The notes below the pieces were generated by a model. The model saw only the letters and a program-made list of their open reading frames with translations, did not search any database and was not told the DNA's origin. A DNA stretch of 64,000 bases from Planctomycetota bacterium (GTDB taxonomy: Bacteria; Planctomycetota; Brocadiia; Brocadiales; Bathyanammoxibiaceae), in contig JACQVQ010000012.1 in assembly GCA_016209685.1 (NCBI GenBank), positions 823 to 64,822 of the forward strand. The letters are read 5' to 3'. The position numbers were made by a program, and so were the translations under genes. Each line of letters starts with the position of its first letter. Position 1 is the first letter of the stretch. Shown here one piece after another: positions 24,828 to 32,217 of the stretch.

Positions 24828-25991
24828 ATGGAAGTCTCCACAACACTATTTGAGATGGGCCTTACGTGCCTGGTGCTCTTCCTGAGCGGGCTGCTGGCCA
24901 AGAAGGTAAAACTCTCCCTCATCCCCCTCTATATCCTTGCCGGGCTGGCTATATCCAGGTTCGTCAAGCCTACCATCATAATGGAATTCATGTCCACAGT
25001 GGGACTAATCCTCCTCCTCTTCCTCATCGGCCTTGAGTTTACGCTGGAGAGCTTCCTCAAGAATCGGAAGAAAATCCTGGCAGGGGGGCTATACGACCTT
25101 GCCCTGAACTTCCCGGTGGGTCTGGTGATTGGCCTCCTGCTGGGTTTTGACTGGCTCTGTTCCCTCTTCCTGGCAGGGATAATCTACGTGAGCAGTTCGG
25201 CCATTATCTGTAAGGGTGTGGTGGAACTAAAACGCTCTGCCAACCCTGAGACGGAGTGCCTCCTGGGGATACTCGTTTTTGAAGACCTCTTTATTGTCCT
25301 CTACCTGGCCATCCTATCAAGTGCGATTGCAAACGGCGGGACGGAGCTATTCCCTGTAGGATTAGCCGTGTTCAAGGCAGTGGGGTTCTGTGCCGCCCTG
25401 ATAATTATAGCAAAGGTCTTCAAAAAGTACATAGAAATGGCACTGGACATAGAATCCACCGAACTCTTTGCCCTGTTGATATTTGCCATCGTAATACTAA
25501 CTGCCACAAGCGCCGAGGCCATGGGCCTCTCTATAGCCATCGGGGCCTTCCTGGCGGGGCTAGTTATCTCTGAGACCAGCCAGAAAGCCAGGGCCCTGGA
25601 GGTAGTCGCCCCCCTCCAGTACCTCACCGTGGCCATCTTTTTTGTGTCCTTCGGATTAACCTCACAACTCACAAACCTTAAAGAGATATACCCCGTGGCC
25701 ATTCTCCTGGTGGTGGCCTCCGTACCCTTGAAGCTCCTGACTGGTTTCTTTGCGGGAAAGGGCTACGGTCTAAGCCGCCGGGCCCAGTGGAGGCTGGGGC
25801 TGAGCCTCCTGCCTCGGGGCGAATTCTCCGTCGTCCTGGCCACCGTAGCCATGGGTATAACGGCAACACACCCCCCTGTAAATGCCGTCACCACCCTCTA
25901 CGTCCTTATAATTGCCGTCCTGGGCTCAATCGCCATGAAGTATGCCGATGCCTTTGCTAAGTGGGTGGAAGAGAAGAAGACAATGGTGTAG
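24828..25991 (+). CDS. CPA2-family cation:proton antiporter
   Basis: 387 aa polytopic protein with a Na_H_exchanger-like pattern (LLLFLIGLEF, GAFLAGLVISE). Confidence 0.8.
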   Translation: MEVSTTLFEMGLTCLVLFLSGLLAKKVKLSLIPLYILAGLAISRFVKPTIIMEFMSTVGLILLLFLIGLEFTLESFLKNRKKILAGGLYDLALNFPVGLVIGLLLGFDWLCSLFLAGIIYVSSSAIICKGVVELKRSANPETECLLGILVFEDLFIVLYLAILSSAIANGGTELFPVGLAVFKAVGFCAALIIIAKVFKKYIEMALDIESTELFALLIFAIVILTATSAEAMGLSIAIGAFLAGLVISETSQKARALEVVAPLQYLTVAIFFVSFGLTSQLTNLKEIYPVAILLVVASVPLKLLTGFFAGKGYGLSRRAQWRLGLSLLPRGEFSVVLATVAMGITATHPPVNAVTTLYVLIIAVLGSIAMKYADAFAKWVEEKKTMV

Positions 25992-25994
25992 AAT

Positions 25995-26393
25995 ATGGAC
26001 CAAAAGATGAGAACCGAGGTCAAGAACTGGTTAGATTCTGCTCAATATGATTTAGATACTGCCGAACACATGTTCGCTACTGGCAGGTATATCTACACGG
26101 TCTTCATGTGCCATCTCGCCCTGGAGAAGGCGCTTAAGGCAAAAGTTGAAGAAATAACTGGCAAAACACCACCCAAAACCCACGACTTAGGGTATCTTGT
26201 GGGAATTGCCGGGTTATTGCCCGATAAAGACATAGAAGAGTTCCTGGTAGAAATTAGTAATCTCAGTATTGTTACAAGATACCCAGGAGACTTCCAAAGG
26301 ATGCTCAAGGATTTTTCATTGGAAAAGACTGAATCTATTTTGATAAGGACAAGAGAGGCCTTTCAATGGATAAAGAAATCCATAGCATTATAA
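25995..26393 (+). CDS. HEPN-domain protein (toxin-like partner of the adjacent MNT)
   Basis: WLDSAQYDLDTAEHMF....CHLALEKALKA...THDL...TRYPGD pattern of classical HEPN (PF05168-like). Confidence 0.75.
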   Translation: MDQKMRTEVKNWLDSAQYDLDTAEHMFATGRYIYTVFMCHLALEKALKAKVEEITGKTPPKTHDLGYLVGIAGLLPDKDIEEFLVEISNLSIVTRYPGDFQRMLKDFSLEKTESILIRTREAFQWIKKSIAL

Positions 26394-26689
26394 CTGAATA
26401 TAGGAGAAAACTTGAGACCTCGGGGATAAAGGTTAAAAAGATTATCCTTTATGGCTCCTATGCCTCTGGGGAGGCCAGGGAGGACAGTGACATAGACTTG
26501 GTGGTGGTCTCCAATGACTTTAAAGAGATGGACTTGTGGGAGAGGTTATGTCTTCTGGGACGTGCCCGAATAGGGATAACTAGACCTATGGAAATACTGG
26601 GCTTCACTGAGAAAGAGTTTGAGGCAGAACATAGTGGTACTTTTGTCGGGGATGAGGTAAAGGCCAAAGGGATAGAATGCCTTGAGTAA
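26366..26689 (+). CDS. minimal nucleotidyltransferase (MNT)
   Basis: ILYGSYASGEAREDSDIDLVVV motif. Overlaps the HEPN gene by 28 nt. Confidence 0.8.
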   Translation: MDKEIHSIITEYRRKLETSGIKVKKIILYGSYASGEAREDSDIDLVVVSNDFKEMDLWERLCLLGRARIGITRPMEILGFTEKEFEAEHSGTFVGDEVKAKGIECLE

Positions 26690-27446
26690 GAGGCCAGAAA
26701 TCCTTGAAGGTGCTTCGCTACAATACGCACCAGAAAATGAACTGGGCGTCGTCTTCTTGTTTTCACAATTGGCCAAAAAATTACGTATTAAGGTTGAGCG
26801 GATTAGACCTGGATTCCCAGACTGTATTGCCTACCAGAAGACCGCCCATGGTGAAAAAAAGATAAGGATAGAATTTGAATTCCGTTCAAGCAGTTTTAAG
26901 GGCCATAACCATTCACGTAAAGGATGCGACTGGATAGTCTGCTGGGAACACAATTGGCCGGGTGTGCCAGATAGCATAAGAATCGTTGAACTTAGAAAGT
27001 ATTTCGGAGTGGGTTTTAATGTGTGGATTCAACCTGTCTTGGGTAAGGAACAACAAAAATGGCTTTCCGGTCGTGATATAACTAATTGGGGGCTCTCCAA
27101 ACGTGCCCGGAAAGATGACTTACTATTGATGTATCACACCACACCTGAAAAATGCATAAAAGATGTCTTTGTCCTTGCTAGTAGTAAATTGCAGCTTGGC
27201 AAGGCAGGATGGAGAAAAGGTACAGCTAATTTTGGTTTCATTAAGCGGGTATGCTGGCTTGATAGCCCTGTGTTTTTGGAGGACCTGCGTCAACACAGAG
27301 TTCTCAAGACCTCTTACTTTGTCAGGAGCAGGATGCAAGGCAACGTTAACGCAACTGAATACTGGCCGTACCTCTATGAGATGATTATCAAAAGAAACCC
27401 AAGTATAAAAGGGAAACTCGGGAAATATGCCCCGGATAGGATATAA
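26682..27446 (+). CDS. uncharacterised two-domain protein: PD-(D/E)xK-like N-terminal domain fused to an EVE/PUA-like C-terminal domain
   Basis: TTG start overlapping the MNT stop by 8 nt. N-terminal part: ENELGVVFLF...GFPDCIAY...IRIEFEF...CDWIVCWEHNW. C-terminal part: DDLLLMYHTTPEKCIKDVFVLAS...LEDLRQHRVLKTSYFVRSRMQGNVNATEYW. Confidence 0.45.
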   Translation: MSKRPEILEGASLQYAPENELGVVFLFSQLAKKLRIKVERIRPGFPDCIAYQKTAHGEKKIRIEFEFRSSSFKGHNHSRKGCDWIVCWEHNWPGVPDSIRIVELRKYFGVGFNVWIQPVLGKEQQKWLSGRDITNWGLSKRARKDDLLLMYHTTPEKCIKDVFVLASSKLQLGKAGWRKGTANFGFIKRVCWLDSPVFLEDLRQHRVLKTSYFVRSRMQGNVNATEYWPYLYEMIIKRNPSIKGKLGKYAPDRI

Positions 27447-27500
27447 TATTGCGAATCTTTCTATACCTTAAATCTGTACCTAAAGGAGGAGTAAATAGAA

Positions 27501-27794
27501 ATGAAATATACAGCGATAATCCGAAAAAGCAGACTTGAATATGTAGCGGTATGTCTGGAACTTAACGTTTCTGCCCGTGGTGAAGACCTTGTGGATGTAG
27601 AGAAAAATCTTAGAAAGGCGATAGAGTTGTATCTGGTAGATACAAAAGAGCATCCGGAGACTGCTGTATCTCCAATTTCCACCGAAGAACTCATTGAGTT
27701 TCTGAAGGATACAGAGCCTGAATGGTATAGGGGACCAGAAGAAGGTCTAATTCTCAGACCGCTTGAGGTTCACGAGGTTCCCTCTTATGCCTAA
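27501..27794 (+). CDS. hicB: HicB-family antitoxin
   Basis: MKYTAIIRKSRLEYVAVCLELNVSARGEDLVDVEKNLRKAIELYL, a UPF0150/HicB-like fold pattern. Confidence 0.65.
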   Translation: MKYTAIIRKSRLEYVAVCLELNVSARGEDLVDVEKNLRKAIELYLVDTKEHPETAVSPISTEELIEFLKDTEPEWYRGPEEGLILRPLEVHEVPSYA

Positions 27795-28026
27795 AGTGCC
27801 TTCAATGTCCAGCAAGGAACTCGTGCGGTTGCTGGAAAGCGGCGGAACAGTATTTGTTAGACAAGGGGCAACTGACCACGCAATATATTCAAGGATTGTT
27901 GAGGGACGGAGATACTCCGCCCCTGTACAAATGGGGAAGAAAACGTTAGACCCAGTTTATTGTAAAAGGGTTCTGAGACAATTAAAATTCACAGATGAAG
28001 AAATAGAGAAACTTCTGTCCGCCTGA
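27787..28026 (+). CDS. hicA: HicA-family mRNA interferase toxin
   Basis: From ATG 27787: MPKVPSMSSKELVRLLESGGTVFVRQGATDHAIY. Overlaps the hicB stop by 8 nt. Confidence 0.6.
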   Translation: MPKVPSMSSKELVRLLESGGTVFVRQGATDHAIYSRIVEGRRYSAPVQMGKKTLDPVYCKRVLRQLKFTDEEIEKLLSA

Positions 28027-28037
28027 CTCAAATCAGA

Positions 28038-28799
28038 ATGGAAATCGTTTCCTTACTCCTCTCCACCCTCCTCCTCCGCCCCTATGTATTTATTTTCTTG
28101 GGCCTGCACCTACTGGCAGGGGGGTTACAACTTGGGCTTAAGAGGATAATTGTCTTCACCCTCCTTGCCTATCTTATCGCATTCACTTCCGAGTATAGCT
28201 CCACCCGTAACGGGATACCCTACGGCCCTTACATCTATACAGGGGAGACCCATGGGAAGGAGCTTTACATCTCCAACGTCCCCTTCATGGACTCCCTTTC
28301 CTACTCCTTCCTGGCCTATTTCAGCTATTCCCTGGCCCTGCTGCTGGTGTCCCAAGTGTCAAGGAAGGGGTGGAGGTTTGAACTGATAGCCCCCCCCTGG
28401 CACTCCAGGGGGGTACTTTTTCTTGCGGCCACATTAATGATGCTCCAGGACGTGGTGGTAGACCCAGTGGCCCTTAGGGGTTCTCAGTGGTTCCTCGGAC
28501 AGATATTCTATTACCCGGACGAGGGGATATACTTTGGGGTACCGCTGTCCAATTTTCTTGGATGGTTCGTGGTGGGGCTGGCAATCATATACTGCTTTCA
28601 GAGGCTTGACCAGAAGATGGGATGGGCAATGCCCTGGGCCGAAAATGCCCTTATGGGACCGGCCTGTTACTTCGTCAATATGCTCTTTATTTTATTCGTA
28701 ACCTTCTATATTGGGGAATACCTGCTGGGGCTGGTGAGCCTTGCCATCTTCGGCCCCCTTTTCTACCTCACTCTGAGAAAAGTCCTACACACCCCTTAA
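28038..28799 (+). CDS. DUF422/carotenoid-biosynthesis-protein-family membrane protein
   Basis: Polytopic. FTSEYSSTRNGIPYGPYIY and YFGVPLSNFLGWF resemble conserved PF04240 segments. Confidence 0.5.
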   Translation: MEIVSLLLSTLLLRPYVFIFLGLHLLAGGLQLGLKRIIVFTLLAYLIAFTSEYSSTRNGIPYGPYIYTGETHGKELYISNVPFMDSLSYSFLAYFSYSLALLLVSQVSRKGWRFELIAPPWHSRGVLFLAATLMMLQDVVVDPVALRGSQWFLGQIFYYPDEGIYFGVPLSNFLGWFVVGLAIIYCFQRLDQKMGWAMPWAENALMGPACYFVNMLFILFVTFYIGEYLLGLVSLAIFGPLFYLTLRKVLHTP

Positions 28800-28823
28800 T
28801 CCCCTCTTTTTAGAGGGGACACA

Positions 28824-28872
28824 CCCCTACCCCCTAATCCCTACCCCCTAATCCCTACCCCCTACCCCCTAG
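28824..28872. repeat. C-rich heptamer run (single arm), preceded by CCCCTCTTTTTAGAGGGG hairpin
   Basis: CCCCTAC CCCCTAA TCCCTAC CCCCTAA TCCCTAC CCCCTAC CCCCTAG. Overlaps the moaA stop. Confidence 0.8.
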
Positions 28873-29906
28873 CCACCTATCCGGCACATGACGGCCTCGC
28901 CTGTACCAGGGTGCTCGGCAGGCTTCAGGACGGCGGCCTCCAGGAAGGCCCTCTTTATAGCCTCTGGTGTGGGATTACCCCTGAGGATGGCCCTTATGTC
29001 CACCTCGCCCCCAGCCAGGAGGCATGCCCTAAGTTTGCCATCTGAGGTGAGCCTGAGGCGGTTGCAGTCCCCACAGAAGGGCTGACTTACGGGAGAGATG
29101 AAGCCCAGGGTGCCTACGGCCCCCTTCAGTCTGTAAAGTCTGGCAGGTCCACGTAGGGGCAGTAGGGACAGGTCCCGCCCAAAAGATGGCGGATTTTCAA
29201 CTTTAGACCTGTCCCTATTGGACGGACCTAAAGGTCTGTTCCTACCTACAGGTATTAATTCCCCAAGACGGCTTATCCTTTCCATGACCTCTTTGCTGGG
29301 CACGAACTTGCGCTCTTCAATCATCCTGCATCCGAAGGCCATATACTCTATGAACCTCACCTCCAGTGGTTTCTCCAGGCTCATACGGGCAAACTCTTCT
29401 ACCTCATCCTCATTGGTGCCCCGCATAACTACCATATTTACCTTTGTCTCCTGGAACCCCACGTGCAGTGCCTCCTCTATGCCCTGGAGGACGTCTGAGA
29501 TGGAGCCCCCCCCTGTAATCTGGCGGAAGCGGTCTGCCCTGAGGCTGTCCAGGCTGACGTTCAACCGCATGAGACCCGCCTCCTTTAGGACGGCGGCATA
29601 TTGTCTCAAGAGGACGCCGTTGGTAGTCATGGCCAGGTCTTCTATCCCAGGGATTTTACTCAGGGAGGCAACGAGACGTTCTACGTTTCTCCTCGTGAGG
29701 GGTTCGCCACCTGTCAGCCTGATACTCCGTATGCCCAGTTCGGCACCGTACTTTACTACAGTGGCTATCTCCTCAAAGCTAAGGATATCCTTACGCTCCA
29801 GATGAGGGACACCCTGGGAGGGCCTACAGTAGACGCAGGAGAGGTTGCAGAGGTCTGTTACCGAGACCCTTAGACGTGTTACATTTCTTTGAAAGCGGTC
29901 CTGCAT
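28869..29906 (-). CDS. moaA: GTP 3',8-cyclase (molybdenum cofactor biosynthesis protein A) with ~30-aa internal insertion
   Basis: CNLSCVYCRP radical SAM motif, GGEPL, C-terminal FCGDCNRLRLTSDGKLRACL cluster. Confidence 0.9.
   Translation of the reverse strand: MQDRFQRNVTRLRVSVTDLCNLSCVYCRPSQGVPHLERKDILSFEEIATVVKYGAELGIRSIRLTGGEPLTRRNVERLVASLSKIPGIEDLAMTTNGVLLRQYAAVLKEAGLMRLNVSLDSLRADRFRQITGGGSISDVLQGIEEALHVGFQETKVNMVVMRGTNEDEVEEFARMSLEKPLEVRFIEYMAFGCRMIEERKFVPSKEVMERISRLGELIPVGRNRPLGPSNRDRSKVENPPSFGRDLSLLPLRGPARLYRLKGAVGTLGFISPVSQPFCGDCNRLRLTSDGKLRACLLAGGEVDIRAILRGNPTPEAIKRAFLEAAVLKPAEHPGTGEAVMCRIGG
29160..29255. repeat. two tandem REP-like palindromes in frame inside moaA
   Basis: Minus strand reads GTAGGAACAGACCTTTAGGTCCGTCC, then TAGGGACAGGTC-(CCGCCatcttttGGGCGG)-GACCTGTCCCTAC. 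Encodes GRNRPLGPSNRDRSKVENPPSFGRDLSLLPL. Confidence 0.75.
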
Positions 29907-29915
29907 TTTTAGACA

Positions 29916-29969
29916 AAGAATTCAGAATACAGGATTCTGAATTCTGCATTCTGAACGCTGAATTCTGGG
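29916..29969. repeat. heptamer-periodic hairpin element (CAGAATT flavour)
   Basis: AAAGAATTCAGAATACAGGATTCTGAATTCTGCATTCTGAACGCTGAATTCTGGG. Confidence 0.8.
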
Positions 29970-29970
29970 T

Positions 29971-31263
29971 TCAATACCCATGCCCCCCGCCGTGTCCGTC
30001 GTATCCACCACCATGCCCACCACCACTGCCATGACCACCCCCACCGTGTCCATCGTATCCACCACCTCCATGTCCGTCGTATCCCCCACCATGACCACCA
30101 CTACCACTGCCATGACTACCGCCTCCGTGACCACCAGGGATGCCCATCCTGGCAGAACTTGCTGGTTCTGCCAGCCCCTGGGGGATAAAGCGATAGACCC
30201 ACACATGGGCCTCGTCGCTCCTGAAGACCGGCTGGAAGTAGCTGAGTCCCTGCCCATGACCTGTACTGAGTGGAAGGAGTTTGAGTATGAGCGCCTCCTT
30301 CATATCAGTGTTTCCATAATCCCCCAGATACCAGAGGGCGTAGTACTTTGGGAATATCTGGGCATAGTAGGAGGTGATGCCGCTATTCTTTATCCACTGG
30401 TTTATAAAGGACATATCTCCGGCCACGCCTGTTACTGACATGGGCTTGATATTCTTTGACTCTAGTTTCAAATCTGCCTCTGCGAGACGGCTCATGGCAT
30501 TTATCTCCTGGAAGTCTTCAGAACTCACCAGGATGTAGACTGGCCTGTCTGCCGGGGTTAATAGCCCCAGTATCTCCTTTGCCTCGGTCTCTTTGGAGCA
30601 GAAGAACCTGGCCATATCTTTAGTCTTCGTGTCATCCTCAAGACCTTCCCTGTCCTTAATCCACTTAAGGAGGTAATCCAGGGTGGCCCTCTCGTGTCTG
30701 CCCTTAGGCACAGAGAGGCCCTTCAAGAGCCCCATGCTAGGCTTGGAGGTCAAGGGTTCCCTTCCAGTGAACAACTTTACCCTCTTCCCATGATGCCACC
30801 AGCAGAGGACTAGAGAGTCCCTCTCCGTATTATTCTTTATAAAGTCATAGGCCTTGAGCCAGGCAGGAGAGGCAAAGGATACCTGCTTCCCCGAGGAGAC
30901 CTCTGAATAATCTGTGTAGTAAATAAGGGGCTCGTACGCCTCCCCCCCGGAACGATACCTGAGGCGGTACTCTACGGCCATCAGAGAATCCTTGGGCAGG
31001 GTAATAGTGCTTTCGTCGGGAGTGGCCCCGCCACCTTCCCTGGTGATGGCAAGGTCTGAAGTCAACCTCTTCTCATATTTTATCACCTTCTCAACAGGCA
31101 CTACTGAGGTAGGGAGGAGGATCTGTGTGAAATTTTCCGGGGCAACCTCTTCTACCTTTATGTACTCGTAAAGGCTCTGGGCTAAGACCACTTGAGGCAA
31201 AGACAAGCTAAGCCCCATAAGAAACAGTAGACAGCAGAATATCTTCATAGGTTTGGTTATCAT
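29971..31263 (-). CDS. secreted protein of unknown function with C-terminal Gly/His-rich repeat tail
   Basis: Signal peptide MKIFCCLLFLMGLSLSLPQVVLAQ. The last ~55 aa are GGHGGGSHGSGSGGHGGGYDGHGGGGYDGHGGGGHGSGGGHGGGYDGHGGGHGY. Confidence 0.7.
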   Translation of the reverse strand: MITKPMKIFCCLLFLMGLSLSLPQVVLAQSLYEYIKVEEVAPENFTQILLPTSVVPVEKVIKYEKRLTSDLAITREGGGATPDESTITLPKDSLMAVEYRLRYRSGGEAYEPLIYYTDYSEVSSGKQVSFASPAWLKAYDFIKNNTERDSLVLCWWHHGKRVKLFTGREPLTSKPSMGLLKGLSVPKGRHERATLDYLLKWIKDREGLEDDTKTKDMARFFCSKETEAKEILGLLTPADRPVYILVSSEDFQEINAMSRLAEADLKLESKNIKPMSVTGVAGDMSFINQWIKNSGITSYYAQIFPKYYALWYLGDYGNTDMKEALILKLLPLSTGHGQGLSYFQPVFRSDEAHVWVYRFIPQGLAEPASSARMGIPGGHGGGSHGSGSGGHGGGYDGHGGGGYDGHGGGGHGSGGGHGGGYDGHGGGHGY

Positions 31264-31323
31264 AAAAAATATACTAGCATTTTAGTTGGGATAAAGACAA
31301 GTCCTTTTTATGGAGGGCAAAGA

Positions 31324-31410
31324 CCAGGGGTTAGAGATTAGGGGCTAGGGATCAGGGAATAAGAACTAGAGAAAAAGATTGCCAACCCCTAATCCTTAGT
31401 CTCTAACGCC
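31324..31410. repeat. heptamer-periodic hairpin (TAGGGGN flavour with AGAGAAAAAGATT junction)
   Basis: GGGGTTA GAGATTA GGGGCTA GGGATCA GGGAATA AGAACTA GAGAAAA AGATTGC CAACCCC TAATCCT TAGTCTC TAACGCC. Confidence 0.85.
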
Positions 31411-31420
31411 CAATTTACCG

Positions 31421-31450
31421 TTGACAGAAAAACTTACCCTGCGTTACAAT
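31421..31450 (+). promoter_or_regulatory. near-consensus sigma70-type promoter for tRNA-Pro
   Basis: TTGACA (31421-31426), 18-nt spacer, TACAAT (31445-31450), about 95 nt upstream of the tRNA. Confidence 0.6.
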
Positions 31451-31462
31451 GCGTCTGGCCTG

Positions 31463-31546
31463 AGTGAAGACAGTAGGTAGCAAACAGCTCACAGGCATAA
31501 TGGTTTCCCCTGCCTACTGTCTACTGTATTCTGTCTACTGTTTCAG
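31463..31546. repeat. heptamer-periodic hairpin in the tRNA-Pro leader (CAGTAGN flavour)
   Basis: GAAGACA GTAGGTA GCAAACA GCTCACA ... CCCTGCC TACTGTC TACTGTA TTCTGTC TACTGTT. Confidence 0.7.
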
Positions 31547-31547
31547 T

Positions 31548-31626
31548 CGGGGCGTGGCGCAGCTTGGCTTAGCGCGCTTGCTTGGGGTGCAAGAGGTCAG
31601 CGGTTCAAATCCGCTCGCCCCGACCA
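31548..31626 (+). tRNA. tRNA-Pro (anticodon GGG), CCA encoded
   Basis: Manual cloverleaf: acceptor CGGGGCG/CGCCCCG, D stem GCGC/GCGC, anticodon stem CTTGC/GCAAG with loop TTGGGGT, T arm AGCGG-TTCAAAT-CCGCT, discriminator A plus CCA. Confidence 0.9.
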
Positions 31627-31632
31627 GTTTTT
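31602..31632 (+). repeat. direct repeat copy 1 (tRNA-Pro 3' end, att-like)
   Basis: GGTTCAAATCCGCTCGCCCCGACCAGTTTTT, identical to 32140-32170. Confidence 0.9.
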
Positions 31633-31648
31633 CCTAAAATGACTTTGA

Positions 31649-31909
31649 ATGCGCCGGTGCGACAAACTTTTAGAGCGAATCTTGCATGGCACATCTGATG
31701 CAAATGTCCCCTTTACTGAGATGTGTCAACTGCTGTGCAAGTTGGGATTTGAGGAACGGATTCGGGGCAGTCATCATATCTTCACTAAGGAAGGCGTAGA
31801 AGAAATCTTAAACTTACAACCCAAAGGTGCAAAGGCTAAACCTTATCAGGTCAAGCAGGTTCGTAACCTGATTTTAAGGCACAAATTGGGAGGTACAGAA
31901 GGTGATTAA
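31649..31909 (+). CDS. hicA: HicA-family toxin
   Basis: DKLLERILHGTSDANVPFTEMCQLLCKLGFEERIRGSHHIF matches the HicA/YcfA pattern (GSHH). Confidence 0.75.
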   Translation: MRRCDKLLERILHGTSDANVPFTEMCQLLCKLGFEERIRGSHHIFTKEGVEEILNLQPKGAKAKPYQVKQVRNLILRHKLGGTEGD

Positions 31910-32111
31910 GTATGAGGTCATCATATATTGGAGTGGCGAAGACCAGGCATTTATCGCCGAAGTTCCTGAGTTGCCAGGATGTGCTGCAGATGGGGCAACG
32001 TATCAAGAGGCCCTGGCCAACGTAGAGGTGGTCATTAAAGAGTGGATTGAGACCGCCAAGGAATTGGGGCGTCCGATTCCTGAACCTAAAGGTCGCTTGA
32101 TGTTTTCGTAA
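31902..32111 (+). CDS. hicB: HicB-family antitoxin
   Basis: GTG start overlapping the hicA end. YEVIIYWSGEDQAFIAEVPELPGCAADGATYQEALANVEVVIKEWIE is a typical HicB/UPF0150 sequence. Confidence 0.8.
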   Translation: MIKYEVIIYWSGEDQAFIAEVPELPGCAADGATYQEALANVEVVIKEWIETAKELGRPIPEPKGRLMFS

Positions 32112-32139
32112 TTTTGGTGGAAGGTTTCACCTTAGGGTG

Positions 32140-32170
32140 GGTTCAAATCCGCTCGCCCCGACCAGTTTTT
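32140..32170 (+). repeat. direct repeat copy 2 (orphan tRNA-Pro 3' end, att-like)
   Basis: GGTTCAAATCCGCTCGCCCCGACCAGTTTTT, with no upstream tRNA body. Confidence 0.9.
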
Positions 32171-32217
32171 TCTTCGCATGGGAGCCAGGCAAAGGAAAAT
32201 TAACACCTGGAGAAGTA

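Larger units (their letters stand above)
31633..32139 (+). mobile_element. 507-bp islet carrying only hicA-hicB, between 31-nt direct repeats of the tRNA-Pro 3' end
   Basis: A perfect 31-nt duplication of the tRNA 3' end flanks the two genes. No integrase in or near the islet. Confidence 0.65.

Noticed and set aside
29980-30438. 152-aa plus-strand ORF rich in T/M/V/S
   Set aside because: It is an antisense reading of the Gly/His repeat tail of the secreted protein, so it is an artefact of the repeat.
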